A stretch of DNA of 63,821 nucleotides, counting the filler, from Reticulomyxa filosa (Eukaryota > Protista > Foraminifera), in the NCBI GenBank assembly GCA_000512085.1. It is 19 parts of 19 records of this genome, joined end to end, with 100 filler letters (N's around TTAATTAATTAA, not from the genome) between each part and the next. Parts side by side here need not be neighbours in the genome. Positions count along the whole stretch, not along the records: positions 48,487 to 54,819 come from ASPP01018710.1; positions 54,920 to 57,829 come from ASPP01007314.1; positions 57,930 to 62,690 come from ASPP01023262.1; positions 62,791 to 63,821 come from ASPP01034132.1; 15 more parts are not named here. The stretch is one strand, 5' to 3'. The notes below the pieces were generated by a model. It searched no databases and was not told the origin of the DNA. It was given only the letters and a program-made list of their open reading frames with translations. A program made the translations under genes and the position numbers. How positions within the stretch are numbered: the stretch's first letter is position 1; the number at the start of each line of letters is the position of its first letter. Shown here one piece after another: positions 50,865 through 63,821 of this stretch.

Positions 50865-52530
50865 ATGTCGTATTTTGAAAGTGATTTCAACGCTGATACT
50901 ACTCGTAATTTTGTGGAAGGACCTACAGAAGAATTCCGGTCTAAAAAACTCGGAGCGTGTATTCCGGAACACATACTAAAGAAATTGCAAAAATCGAAAA
51001 AAAAGAAACGCAATGCGCATACATTTGATTTGAATTTGGATAATCTGGGGAATTTATTGTCGCTGTCTACAAATGGAAAAGATAATGGCGATGCTTATTC
51101 ATTAAACCCAATCATTCTATTGGATTATTTGGTGTTAGTCGTTCAAGGATATCTCGGCACAAATCAATCTATTCGTTTAAGCAACATGGCCGGAAATGAT
51201 TGTGAACAAACAGATACACCCATGGCTCTGTCTCATATTGGTAACTTGTGCTTTTTTTAATATTTTTGATTAAGAAAACGTTATTTTTCGCCAAATCAGC
51301 AAAATTCGAACTTTTTATTTGTTCTGAAAACACATTTTATTTGCACACAAGGTATGTTAATTCCAACTTATACCAATATCTCTTGTCAATACAACCGAAA
51401 CGGAGATAACTACTGGAACTCGAAAAACATGGAAAAATGTTTAAGTGTGGTTTATGATGTGGCTTGTCTTGGTCCGCAAAAATTAAGCGAGCCCTGGCAA
51501 CAATACAATCCAGTGTTGCTGGACGATCACTTTCAATGGTTTATTGCTCATGACTTATGCGCATGTCCACGTACAATTAAAGGTGATAAGATATTTCAAC
51601 CACTTGTGAATGTAAAAGAAAAGATTTGTGGTGCAATCCTTATTAGCAACAGCCATGGACGTATATGTTTATTTGGAACCCCGTATGGACTCTTTTACAA
51701 TAAGACCAAAACTGACTCCGATCGCTCATCACCTGCTTGCATTTTATCAGGCTGCGTCTTGCATCTGTGGCGACAAGACGACTGGATTTTGTGTCTTTGT
51801 AACGGTCCAAAAGTATGTAAGACGATTTTTTTTAATATTATTTATTTGCAACCAATCAAATTTTTTTTCTCTTTTGTACTTTTCTGTTTCCTCAAAGTTG
51901 TATCAAATTACGATCACGGACGATGGAAAACAAAACGGTTCAATTGAAGCCGACATCAGCTGCACTTTGATAACGGATTGGTTTGGCGGTGTGAAATCAT
52001 TTCGTTATCCCCAAACAGTTATTGGATGTTACTATGAACCAAAGGAAGGCACGTTATACGCTGGGGCGTGCAATCAGAATGATGCTACCGTGTATTGGTT
52101 TACATCGAATCGTGACAAAACGACCAATGGCCAGCTTCGTACAAGCATTTCATATGACAATACTCAAAACAGACCAAAGTTTATGTATGCTGATGTTGAT
52201 CGCCGTCGATTTGTTATCATTGGCAGTTATTCACCTTTCTTTTTACACTTATAATTCTTTTCTTTGTTTGTTTTTGTTTAAACTTCTCGCAATCGAATAT
52301 GAAAAATAGCACAATTCACTGAAACAATCCCTTTCCTGGAAAATGTGAATCAGTGTCAAAACAAAATATTCCGAACAAAAGACATTTTACCTCAAGTAGG
52401 ATATAACTGCCAGCTATTTTTATATTCCTATCATCAAGCATGTTTAGTTGTGCTTGCTAAATTAGGCTCGTCGGTGAAGTATCCTTATGAAATGTTGGTA
52501 TTCACCAACGACAGTCTTAATTTTAACTAA
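50865..52530 (+). CDS. Hypothetical multi-exon protein, beta-strand-rich C-terminal part
   Basis: Successive coding-like ORFs separated by GT-AG introns (about 51242-51351, 51814-51897, 52227-52309). No family recognised. Confidence 0.55.
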
Positions 52531-52752
52531 ATTAAGGGAAGGCATTATTTAATACAATTTTTTTTTAACTGTTTATTCTTAATTCACAACTCCTTATCAT
52601 CGTGCATTTTTCAATTCCATGTATTTGAATGTAGTCCGAAAATCTATAGTTCTTTTCTCTATAACGGTTCATTTTCATCATACAAAGCTTCCATCACAAA
52701 AAAAAAAGCTTAGTGGTGTGGTCACACCCTAGTAGAAAAGGCTCACAAAAGG

Positions 52753-54760
52753 ATGTCTTGGACAAAATGGCATACCGTTGTGATTGCTTGGTTTGGCTTG
52801 ACATATTTATTTTTGCTTCCTCTGTGTTATCGTGAGTTAAAGCGCTACTGGAACTTGAAACATGAATATTATGTACAAGGACGAAAGCCACACCTGACGA
52901 TGGCATTATTTATTTCTTTGCTATTCAACAGCACAGGTATATTAAGAACAGCCCAAAACATACTCGCGTCTGCGTATACGTATATATGTATATGCAACCT
53001 AAATTTTGTTTTGGTGCCAAAAACAGTAACATTGATGCTTCGTTTGTGGCTGAACATCTTTGCCGAATGGCACACAACGAACTTGTTGATACCAGAGTTA
53101 CTGAATATGATAGTGATGTTGTTATTGGAGACACTACGTCTGTGGCATATAATGTTTGATAATCAATACCAAAGAGACGAAATTGAAAGGCAATGGTTAA
53201 TGAGACCAAACCAAAAAGGGTCATTTTTTGCCGAGTATAAGCGAACACTAGGAAATACATTCTATACATCAAGATTGACTGTAGGCTTATTTCTTTTTGT
53301 TGGAATTGTTTGTGTGTTAAGTAGCTCAATCAAAAAAACAAAACAATAACAATAACATATATATGTACAACATATATACGAATATACCAATAAGCGTATG
53401 TATAACCCTTGTAATGACCCCTTTTTTTTTTTTTTTTTTTGTTACCCTTTGTGCGCACGCACATCATGCTATGCGTAATATGCGTGCACCTTTACATAAA
53501 AACTCTAAAAAAAAAAAAAATGGTAATGAAAAGCGTCTTGGTAATATTTGATAAACTTTGGATTGTTCAGCTGCTATTGTCGGCCATTGTCGCATTGGTG
53601 ATCGTGTTGGTATTGAGCATAACTCTTGAGATTTCACATATCGAGGACGTGATCTATGTACGTGAGGAGATCTTCTTGCAGGTGCTGTGTTTGTTAAGTG
53701 TATTTGTGATGTACGTGCTCATCATCGTGCTCACGATGAGATGGAATGGAAATATCTCCGATCAATTGAGCGACTTTGCCGTATTGCGCAATGTGCTATC
53801 GGCAATTCTTCCATGTATCTCGTATTATGGAATCATATTGGTCGGTACCACGTGGGTGTTGTACCATAATCGACAAATTCAAAACTCGACAATTTTGCAA
53901 CGAAAAGTATTTAAGCTTGTTATTGGCCAAAATTATTCCAACCAACACTCCCGCTGCTACTACTACTGCTCCTCCTCTTTCTTCTTCTTCTTCTCCTCCT
54001 CTTCCTACGACAGTGGCCACCAAAGTCATACAAAAACCCTCAAGTAAGCCTTCCTTCTTTCATCGCAAAAATCCCTATCAGGAACTGCAGGAATCCACGC
54101 CAACGCTAGGAGCGACCCCTGTTCATACAGTCACTATAATTAAATCCACTCCCGATCATCTTGACAATGAAATGGAACCCGTTCGGCTCTCTTTGCCACC
54201 GTCGTCCTCCAATCCACTTGTTTCCACTTCCGCCACTACCACCTATAACAACTCTGCTGACCCATCCACCATTTCCAACCACCCAAATGCGACCAACGCC
54301 ACAAATGCTAATGCAAGTACAAATCCCAGTACCAATGCTAGCTATGTTGCTATGTCGGATACAATTGCGTCGGCAAATCTAATGTTAAACTCAAGTTCAA
54401 ACGCAAACGCAAAAGCAAATGCAAATACAAATACAATTGCCAATGTCAATGAAAACACACAGCTCAATGATGACGAGAAAAACGAAGCCATGAACGAAAG
54501 CAATTTAACCTTTAAAGAAAGGTTTCGCTTCACTTTTCGGCCTCGTACGACAAATGCTCAGTCTTACACTATTATCCGAATCATTCAGGATTACATGGGT
54601 TTTAAAATATTTATGAATTATTTGGTGCAGTTATTCCTTTTTTTTTAAAAAAGAAAAAAATTAAATAGAATAACGAGAAGGAAAAAAAAAAACAAACTGC
54701 CAACAACAAACAGTGAGTACGCAGCAGAAAATTTATCGTTTGCAATGGAGTTTAAACTTT
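52753..54760 (+). CDS. Multi-pass membrane (7TM-like) protein with a C-terminal RGS domain
   Basis: Several hydrophobic helices, a low-complexity S/T/N/A linker, then IIQDYMGFKIFMNYLV spliced to SEYAAENLSFAME, matching the RGS G..F..FL..E...ENL.F signature. Truncated at the contig edge. Confidence 0.8.
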
Positions 54761-54919
54761 TTCATATTTTTATTTTTCAAAAAAAAAAAAAAATATATAT
54801 ACAACAAATAAAAACAAATNNNNNNNNNNNNNNNNNNNNNNNNNNNNNNNNNNNNNNNNNNNNTTAATTAATTAANNNNNNNNNNNNNNNNNNNNNNNNN
54901 NNNNNNNNNNNNNNNNNNN

Positions 54920-56412
54920 GAGGAAGAGAAGGAGGAAGAGAAGGAGGAAGAGGAGGAGTAGTTGGTTGCATCTGTGCCAACGAATAGGAAGAGTTTGTGG
55001 GCAAAGCACTAGTTTGTAGGTAACTAATTTGATGATATTTCAAGAAAGATACGCTGGAGAATTTAGCCAATTCTGCAGGAGCGCTCGATCGCATACCGGA
55101 GAGATACTCCATAAAATTAAGGTAATCATTGTTATGGCAATGGCAAGAGTTTGTGTTAAGATTGTTACACTCCATCTTTTCCTCTTTGATGAGATCATCG
55201 AACGAATTGGTCTGCAGCTTTTTCAGTGTGTGCCAAAAAATGGTGTTGTTGGAGAATAAGAAGAAGATTTCGCACGTCAATTGATACAGTGACTGCCAAT
55301 CGAACAACTGGTATTTCCTATAGGGATACTTGAGTCTTCCATCTATTTTCTGACGACCGACCCGAATTTCATCCTCTTTCCATTTCACCAGCCAATAGCA
55401 TAAGAAGCATAAATGCACGATTTCATTGGACCAAATTCGGGCCTGCGAGGAGGTATGATCAGTACCTTTCTGATCATCTTTACTTGTCACTTGCAACAAA
55501 CATCTGCGCTTGAGATCTTCCAATAAATGAATCAATGCAAAGGCATTCAAATCAAAAAAATTGACCAATGTGAATTTCTTGTTCAACCCAATCTCCATAT
55601 CCAATGAGTTGATAGAGATTTGCAAGGCCACATTGTGGAACGACAGGAAGTTGCCCCCAAAGGCCATGCTGTCCACAGGAGTATACACGCTGTGGATATA
55701 TCCACACGGCAGAAACAACGTCTGACCTGCTACCACTTTGACTAGCTTACATTTCGTTTTTGCAAACTCTGGCAAAAATGAAAGGTCCTTCTTTTTATTC
55801 TCGTCCGTTGATGAGAATATTTGATTGATTGCTATCATGCCTCTACAATCCAAGTTCCATTCCAAATACGCTTGCAGATTTTCTTTCGTGGGCTCCATCA
55901 CAAAAAACCACTTTTCGCCAAACACCACATGATACCACACGCTGCTCCCCCCAAAGTCAATGTGCCAATTCGTGTACGAATTCGCGCAGCTGATCAAACA
56001 ATACTTTTGCACTTGCGGGTACTCCTTATATCTCGCGTTAGAGCTCTTGCTCAGATCGCGAATGCTGTCCAATACTCTCTTCTCCGCTTCCGACAGCTGC
56101 TCATACGTTTTGCAATACAGCTGCATGTACATGATATTTTGATTGGCCGCGCGCACTAATTTCAAATCATATTTTTTGTGTTGTCGAACTCGGAGTTTTA
56201 TTTGTCTATCGTCATTACTGGCTATTATTGTTGAAACATTGGCAGCATTGGTATTATTATAATTACTATTATGGTTATTGTTATTATTATTGTCATTGTT
56301 ATTATTGTTATTATTGTTATTATTGTTATTATTGTTATTATTATTATTATTGTTATTATTGTTATTGTTGTTATTATGATTACTATTTTCATTGTTATGA
56401 TTATTACTATTT

Positions 56413-56455
<43 letters not shown>

Positions 56456-57590
56456 CATTGTTATCATCGATGACATTACATGGCCACACGTGGTCAATCC
56501 AATCAATATCACATACTACCTTTGGTCGGATTAATTCTTTGTCCAAAGGGGTGCCGGTAAACTCAAGAGACAGCAGATTACGTATGTTTTGCCTTTGCTC
56601 TTCTTTAGTTTGTAAGATCCAGTCTACGTAGGCTCCCAAGCTGAGGTTGCTTTGGTTTTCGCGCTGTTCCACAACGTCGATATGGTCCAGCATGACATTT
56701 CGTCCAATCTTTTCCGCGACGTATTGCAGACATTCGGTCTTGTCACGGGATTTGCATTTGATGGGTAACTCAAGTCCGATTTCATTTGCTTCGTTGCAAA
56801 TGAAGGGTGCATTGAACCCGTATCTGTCGAACATTTCTTTGGTCACCTGCGTGCCGTCCACAATCGGTAGACTCCAATACTCGACCCAAGAATTAAAACA
56901 AAATTGCTGATATTTCTGAATAATGAGATTGCCATTGACTGGTCGGTGTTCGGTTTGAACGCTCTGCAGTTGCGTGGGTATTGGACTTGGAAAGTGAATG
57001 CCAAATTCGTCCTTGTTGTTGTATTTGCGTGCCGCGAATTTGATGAATTGACGCGGTAATTGATATCCTTTCGATAACGAGTGCATGCTTATGTCGTATT
57101 CATTTTTGTCAATTCTTGCTTCCTTCTCCAATTCCTTTCGGATTTCCTTTAGTTTTTCTGTCACTGTCAACCATTTGTTCTTTATGATTTCGGGACCGGT
57201 TTTTTTTTTTTTCTTCTTGTTTCTTTCCCTTTCTTGTTCCTCCTTTTCTTTTTCTTCTTTTCTTTTTTTCGCTTCCGAGTTTTCTTTCATCATCTTCCTT
57301 CGCTTTGTTTCTCTCGGTGGTGTCTCTCTACCTTCCAATTTTCTTTTTTGAAGTCTTTCTTTTTCTTTGGCTTTGGCTTTTGCTCTTTCTTTTTCTTTTT
57401 CTTTTTCTCTTTCTTTTGCTCTTGCTCTTGCCTCTGCTTTTGTTTTTGCTTTTGCTTTTGCTCTTTCTGTGCTATTTTCTCTTTCTTGATGTTTCTTCTC
57501 TTTCTTCTTCTTCATTATCTCGTTTTCACTCTTTTTGTCATACACGTCCAAATCTGGAAGCGCTAGATTGCACCGATTGCTTTCTTCCAT
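54920..57590 (-). CDS. JmjC histone demethylase, KDM2/KDM7 (JHDM1) type
   Basis: NLLSLEFTGT.L...IRPKVV..IDWID.VWP, YPQVQKYCLIS..NSYTNWHIDFGGSSVWYHV..GEK.F, GQTLFLP.GYIHSVYTPVDS.AFGGNFL. The HxD..H iron ligands are intact. Confidence 0.93.
56250..56467 (-). repeat. (AAT/AAC)n microsatellite encoding a poly-Asn tract inside the JmjC gene
   Basis: About 70 codons, mostly Asn, in frame. Confidence 0.9.
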
Positions 57591-60429
57591 TCTCTTTTCT
57601 TCGTTTTTTGCTCTACTGCCCTTTTTTAATGTCTATTTTTTTGTTGGTTTTTTTTTATCATCGTTCTTGTTCTCTTTTTTTTTTTTCCTTCTTTTTTGGG
57701 AGGAAAAAAAACAGTTACGTAACTTCGGTAGAGTATACTTTTAGTTTTGGTTCAGGTTTTTTGATACACTGTTTCTTCCATTCCACTTTTTTTTTTTTTT
57801 TTTTTTTTTTTTGTGTTTTTTTTTTTTTTNNNNNNNNNNNNNNNNNNNNNNNNNNNNNNNNNNNNNNNNNNNNTTAATTAATTAANNNNNNNNNNNNNNN
57901 NNNNNNNNNNNNNNNNNNNNNNNNNNNNNAATAATAATAATAATAATAATAATACTAGTAATAATAATGAGACGGAAGAATCGTCGGTCTTTTATTTTGC
58001 GAGCCATCACTGTTTGATGGAAAACATGAAAGAGCAATTGAATATCCATTCCTTCGATCATGTCCAAGGAGACACCACTGTTTCCGATTGGCTTGCCATT
58101 GATTGGTGGTATATCATTTTCTTGCGACTTGGATTAATTCCATCAACGTTTTATTCCTTCTTTTGCTTTTATTTTCATCAAAGGTTACACGGACAATTGG
58201 ATCAGTATGCCTTGTTGCAGCTTTCATCTTAATTTTTTTTTTTTTTTATGTCTCTGATCTACCTCTCTTATATCCTTATTCTCTATTCCATATCCCTTCT
58301 CTCTCGTCTGTGTATCTACCTTGTGTCTATTTCATTCCTCGCGCTTTCATTGTTTGCCTTTGTGTTGGTCCGTTGTTCTTGTGCTGTTGGATCGCGTGTG
58401 TATTTGTGCAATCAAAACAAAGACAGTCCAACAATTTACAATCGAGCCAACCAACAAACATAACATAACATTAACGCTACCAATTTTTTTCCACTTAACT
58501 TCACAGGACACAAACAAATGAGAGCTGTTTGGGTTTACAATTTTTTTCATTTTTCAATAAATAAAAGGTGCTTTGTTTTGCCGTCAATCTATTGCTTTGC
58601 GCAATATGTTTCAGGATACAAACACTTTGGAGGTGACTCCTTTTTTTTTGTTTATTTGTTTATTTTATTTCTTTGTTTGGAGGGTTTGGGCATGTGCATT
58701 TGATTTTTGGTGGTTTGTCAAAGTTGGATCTTGGGTTTGGTTTGGCTTTGCTTCCTTTCTTTCTTTTTTGTTTTTTTTCCGTTTTTTTTTTCCCATAAAT
58801 GTGCTGATAAGATATCCTCTTTTTTTTGGAAAACGATGTAATTATCGCATCCATCAATTTTTTTTTGGTTTTTGTCAAAGTCAGCTAAAGTTCGGAGATG
58901 ACAATACAAACTTTGCAGATTGTTTTTGACATTGTTTATTGCTTTTTGTTTTGTTGTGTTTGTCACTTTTTGTGTGTCGAAATTGTAAATGGTTGACAGG
59001 TTGATTTAAGCAAATTGTTTCATAAAAATTCCAAAATGCTGTCTTGTACCTCCAAAAAATGGGTGCTTGTTGCTCGCATTTTACAACCAGAAAAATTTTA
59101 ACTTGCTCTAATATCAAGGAAAAGGACATCATTAAACTTGGTTAAAATTGTTCAAGTACAATGTAATATTTGACATATTTACGTCAACTTGTGCGTCAAC
59201 ACTAATTTAAGAAAAAAGAGCCACCAAAAAAGAGAAAACACAGAAATTACAAATAATTCAAATGACACTATAATTCATGACGTTGCACTGGCGCTGCGAT
59301 TGTTATATCTTTTGTTCCTCCCTGTACGAAATGACAACCAAAGAAGTTTTGGTGGTACTGAACCAGACCAAAAACGTAACTGGTTTTGCACCTATTGTTA
59401 CATAAAATATTTAAATGTTACATCATACGTTAATTTAAAGATATTACTCTTTTTTCTTTAAATATACAATAAATGTAAAAAAGACTTTAGTTTTTTTTTG
59501 CATTGGCACGAGTGATAAATCCGTACATTCGAAAAGATTCAATTCAGAGTTCTTTCAATAACGTCAATCAATGGGTATTTCAAAGACAATATGTTGATCA
59601 TTGGAAACTGATCGACTTCGAATCTGAAGATGACACAATTACATCAAATGCGAGTGATATGTCAATATCTTCGTCCAGTGTGTTGCAGCCTTCAATCTAA
59701 TCAATACAAATGGGTGTCACACTCAACGATGGTCTCATTTGTGCAAGTATATTGAATATTGCTTGCTTGATTCGCAATATCTTACTTTTTCAATATTTTC
59801 TTTTGAATCGTTATAAGTTTTCATTTGGTGATAAGCATGTATTTCTATTAAAATTCAAATAAAAAAAAGACAAACAAGCAAGAGCTCCATATCAGAAGAG
59901 ATGTTAAATATAAAATAAAAAATATGTAAGTTGGTATGTAGTGAGCTGACATTAACTTCTATATTGAAAAGCAGATGAAATAATTCAACTGACAATGCTT
60001 TTACATTCATCAAAGCCGTTTTTGATTATATCACAAATGTTTCTAACAATATATGAAATGTTGCTCTTGTGCATATTGCAATTTAGTAAGCACAAACGAA
60101 TACATTGCTAATTTTCTACATACTGAATAATTCTGGATATTGTATTAGCTAAAATTTTGATCTGTCTCATTCGACGGTTAACATGTTTTTATATTTACAA
60201 TTTTTTAATTATAGAATGACAACAATATTGATGTTGATATAAGCAACGATTATATCTTGCACATTGTAGAATCTCAAACATATTTGCGCTTTCTTCTTCG
60301 TTAATATTTTATAAAAACAACTTGATTGTCGGAAACACGTTACTAAAAAACAGTCATGTAAGTGATATAATGTCAGAAACTCTGACTACCTCTATAATTT
60401 CCACTTATCATTTTTCCTTTTTTATATGT

Positions 60430-60500
60430 GTAGGAGAAGCTCCTACTATATATAGAGAATCGTTAAAGGGGCTGATGAGCTCCCGTGGGTTAAACTTTTA
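60430..60500 (+). repeat. Dispersed structured element with a hammerhead-like core, copy 2
   Basis: Perfect hairpin GTAGGAG-AAG-CTCCTAC, then ..GAGAA..GGGG CTGATGA GCTC-CCGT-GGGT TAAAC. Homologous to 16195-16267 (-). Confidence 0.55.
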
Positions 60501-61678
60501 ATAACACTTTTCACTCACCAGTGTTTTCTTTTCTTGTTTTAATCTGGTGTTTCGGTGTACTCATTTCCACACATTTGTTTTCCTTTTCTTTATTTAATCT
60601 TTTTTCGTTGATACTTGCTCAAAAGAGCTAATTAACATTTCGTATTACATTTAGTGTAATATTTCATCGTCAGCATACTACCACATACGCTTACATACGT
60701 GCGCATAGCAAACTCCAGTCAAATTAAATTAAATTTTCGAAATATTAGTGACAATCTTTTTTATTATAACACGAACAGTCATTTTATTCGAGTTTTTTGG
60801 ACATCAACGTAATTTTTAACTTTTTCGTGATTTCCGACATATATTTTTTTTTATTATCGTAATGTATTTATCACATACGTGTTAATGTATATTTTTTTAC
60901 CAATAATTTTTTCATCTTTCTGGCATTTATCAATCGCATAAGTCAGCTGCAATAAGTAAAGCTTTTTCGTCAGTAACAAGAGTAAATTCTGGACTTTAAT
61001 ATGTTAGTAAATTTTTTTAGCTTATAACAAAACATTTTACTTCAATTTGATTGAAGACTAAGGAATATGAAACAAAAACTAAAAAAACGGACAAAAAGTA
61101 ATTAAGTTTATCTGAATCTTTTGTTGGAAAAAAAAGGTTTACAGTTTTTTAACACATGAAACATTTCATAATTTTGAAATTTTTTCAATTGCATTCAATA
61201 CAAATTGGTGTACTACTTCTAAAATTATACTGCAGTTATTCAATGATCTAAAACTACATTAAATTTTAAATTGATTGAACCAAATTTTTTCAATGTTTGG
61301 CAAAACTTGATAAACTGCTGGAAGTTTGTCAATTCAATTGTTTAAGTTGTATTCACAAATATGGTAATACTTCGTTCTTCCCGATCATTTATAATCTTTT
61401 CAAAAACAAAATAAAATTAAAAAAGAAAGTGAGATTTTTCAACAAGAGATGACTTGGTTTGCTTTGAACGAAGTGTAAAAAGTTCATTGTATGTAATATG
61501 ATTTTGTTTTTTAATAATCTTATGCATCAAAAGGTGAATATTAATTTTTAGGGAGAAAAAAGTAATTTTTTTCTCCTTCCAATGTAATTCTGTCAGATAT
61601 GTTACATCCAACCACAATTTAAAAAAGGAGCAATTTCTGGACACAAAAGCAACGTCCAAAAAGAAAATACAATAGAAT

Positions 61679-62656
61679 TCACAACATTTCGGACAATGGC
61701 ATGGGGTTACTGTGCCTGCCGTCATTTTCTTGACTGCCATCTTTTTCCTGCTGAGTGTGGCTCGCTTCGGCTCCGGATTTCAAAAGTGTGCGTGTATTTG
61801 AGGGTCGACGTGCTGGATCGAACTGATCTTTGTTTGTTGCCAATGTTTCATTTTCTGTGATACTTCCATTGCTTTGTCCTGAAAATCCACGAAATCGAGT
61901 TTCCACAGCATTGATCGGTTGATTATTCAAAGAGAATGTTTGGAACGTTCCTCCGATTCCCGGAGTGGTTACAGTAGTGGCTCCGACATTTGCTGTACCA
62001 TCATCACTTGCAACTGAAATGGCGCGCAAATCACGCGTGGATAGATCTAGTATGTGTTGAATATCCGTTGTAAATCACACCGATTCATTATATATGTACA
62101 TATACACACATATATATATACATATATATATATATATGTATATAACTCTCAATGACAAATGTGCCACTTTGTTGGATTGGATGTGCTTGTATTTTCTCCA
62201 TGGTAACACCCCCACCCATTTGTGCCTCGGATTTTTCAGCAGGCGGATTGGTGGCATTGATGAATGCGCCATAACTAAACACAGACTGCGTCATGGTGGT
62301 GCTGGGTTCGATGGGCTCGTGCAAGAAGCGAGTACTATCGGACAAGGGCCCCATCTGTTGTGGAGGTGCCTCGTTTGAGCCGGTGGTAACAGGAGTGCCG
62401 GCGGTAACAGGTGTGCCACCGGCACGATGGTTATCCACAGGAGGCTCCGTGTCGGTGGGTCGTTTGAATAGAATGGAGTGGTCTGTCACCGACAGAGACG
62501 TGTTGCCATCATTGACCATGTTGCTGATATCCGTTTCGGCATGTGTGACAATTCGAGGAACATTGATTTGGGGATAGTTTGGTTTGGCATTCTTCTCGTA
62601 CTCTTCAGGTTCATGTTCTTTGTCTTCTTGAATGGCATTGCGCTTGGATTTTTCTA

Positions 62657-62660
<4 letters not shown>
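61679..62660 (-). CDS. Low-complexity C-terminal exons of an unknown protein
   Basis: GC-richer coding-like ORFs separated by a (TA)n intron at about 62080-62160. No family recognised. Confidence 0.55.
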
Positions 62661-62690
<30 letters not shown>

Positions 62691-62790
62691 NNNNNNNNNN
62701 NNNNNNNNNNNNNNNNNNNNNNNNNNNNNNNNNNTTAATTAATTAANNNNNNNNNNNNNNNNNNNNNNNNNNNNNNNNNNNNNNNNNNNN

Positions 62791-62976
62791 ATTCGTTTTT
62801 GGGATATTCGATCAAATAAGAAAGAATTGTATGCAATTGAAGGAAATGGAATGCATTGTCTTAAATTTATAGAATTGAAAAAGAAATTAAATAAAAACGA
62901 ACAAAAATCAAATGGTGATTGTTGTGTTAATTTATGTTATGGCTCAAACAAAGGCTCAATTTGTGTTTGGGGATGA
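62791..62976 (+). CDS. C-terminal fragment of an expanded-family WD40 protein
   Basis: IRFWDIRSNKKELY.IEG..G..CLKF..LKKK...CVNLCYGS.KG.I.VWG*. Confidence 0.75.
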   Translation: MRFWDIRSNKKELYAIEGNGMHCLKFIELKKKLNKNEQKSNGDCCVNLCYGSNKGSICVWG

Positions 62977-63821
62977 ACATTTGTGAATGAAATTTTTTGA
63001 TTTATCACTTTTTTTAAGTAAAAAGACGTTGACAAAAATTTGTTTTGATTTTCCTATCAATTCATTCAATCTAAAATTTGGGTCTTAATTGTAAAGTACT
63101 AAAGGAATGTATTTGCTTTGCAAAATTTCGATAATAAAATTGATTGAATTGGGACACTTCAATTTTGTGTTGATGCTGTCCATCAAATTTAATTTGATAT
63201 GAAGAAGTTGTCTAATGAGAACACAATGAACGAGGTTTCAGATTGGCCCTTATTCAATGCTATCTGTCTAAGATTAGTTGTAATAATACCCAGTTTTTCA
63301 TGTTTTTAAAAAAAACATTGATTAAAATTATTCTCAACAAAATGCAAATTTAAGATATTTAAAGGTTAATTTAATGTTGTGTATAATTTATACTTTGCAA
63401 TTCACTTTGGAATCGGACATATATGTCAGTAGATTGCAATAGCTGAAAAAATATTTAGTGATAAGTCAAAGCAATGAATGCTTTAGTAAATGTTGTGGAC
63501 TATTTGTATTGAACTCTAGCTCATTTGCATTGCTGCTGGCAAAAAAAAAGTTCATTCGAATTTATCATTGCGCCATAAATACCAGCATTCACACTCTCAC
63601 TATTGCTATGTATTATCAGCGCCTTGTGATTTGCTACAAGAGCCAATCATTTATTCACACATCAAGCTGAAAATAAATTCTCATTGACATTATTTCGATT
63701 AATTACATTGCAATTCAACAATTTTCTCTAAATCAACAGCAATAAGTTTGATTTTTTGATGTATTTATGTATATATAAGGTCCCGAAAAATCACACATGC
63801 ATGACACTTTTTATAATAATT

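Noticed and set aside
56225-57877. Poly-I, poly-Y and poly-F/L ORFs as membrane proteins
   Set aside because: They are alternative-frame or antisense readings of the (AAT)n and K/E-rich parts of the JmjC gene.
57930-59700. Hydrophobic ORFs as a GPCR
   Set aside because: The frames are fragmented and T-rich low complexity mimics transmembrane helices; no consistent exon model could be built.
3340-62790. Regularly repeated TTAATTAATTAA as a biological repeat or CRISPR-like array
   Set aside because: It always sits between exactly 44 N on each side and gives stops in all six frames, so it is an assembly linker.

Overview
This is not one locus. It is 19 short eukaryotic contigs joined by 18 identical artificial 100-nt spacers (44 N + TTAATTAATTAA + 44 N), so gene adjacency across a spacer probably means nothing. 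The DNA is AT-rich, with short GT-AG introns (mostly about 70-150 nt), many microsatellites and several 1-nt frameshifts in homopolymer runs that look like pyrosequencing errors. The WD40 and kelch-like paralogs resemble the expanded families of the foraminiferan Reticulomyxa filosa (Rhizaria); this is recognition from memory, not a search. Recognisable genes: TIMELESS/Tof1, a Baeyer-Villiger monooxygenase, four WD40 paralogs, PH and SPRY domain proteins, DIM1/TXNL4A, an EMAP-II tRNA-binding domain, a USP protease, a P-loop GTPase, NDUFAF5, NSUN5, a Ser/Thr kinase, a RhoGEF, PARN, ALG2, a PPR-SMR protein, a 7TM-RGS protein and a KDM2/7-type JmjC demethylase. The four most interesting observations are: (1) a fragmented 2'-5'-oligoadenylate synthetase (OAS)-like gene, visible only when several small ORFs are joined; (2) an intronless, bacterial-type HEPN RNase carrying both an N-myristoylation signal and a CaaX box; (3) an apparent fusion of an acireductone-dioxygenase-like cupin to a 2-aminomuconate-deaminase-type RidA domain; (4) a dispersed structured repeat with a hammerhead-like CUGANGA core and a covarying hairpin.
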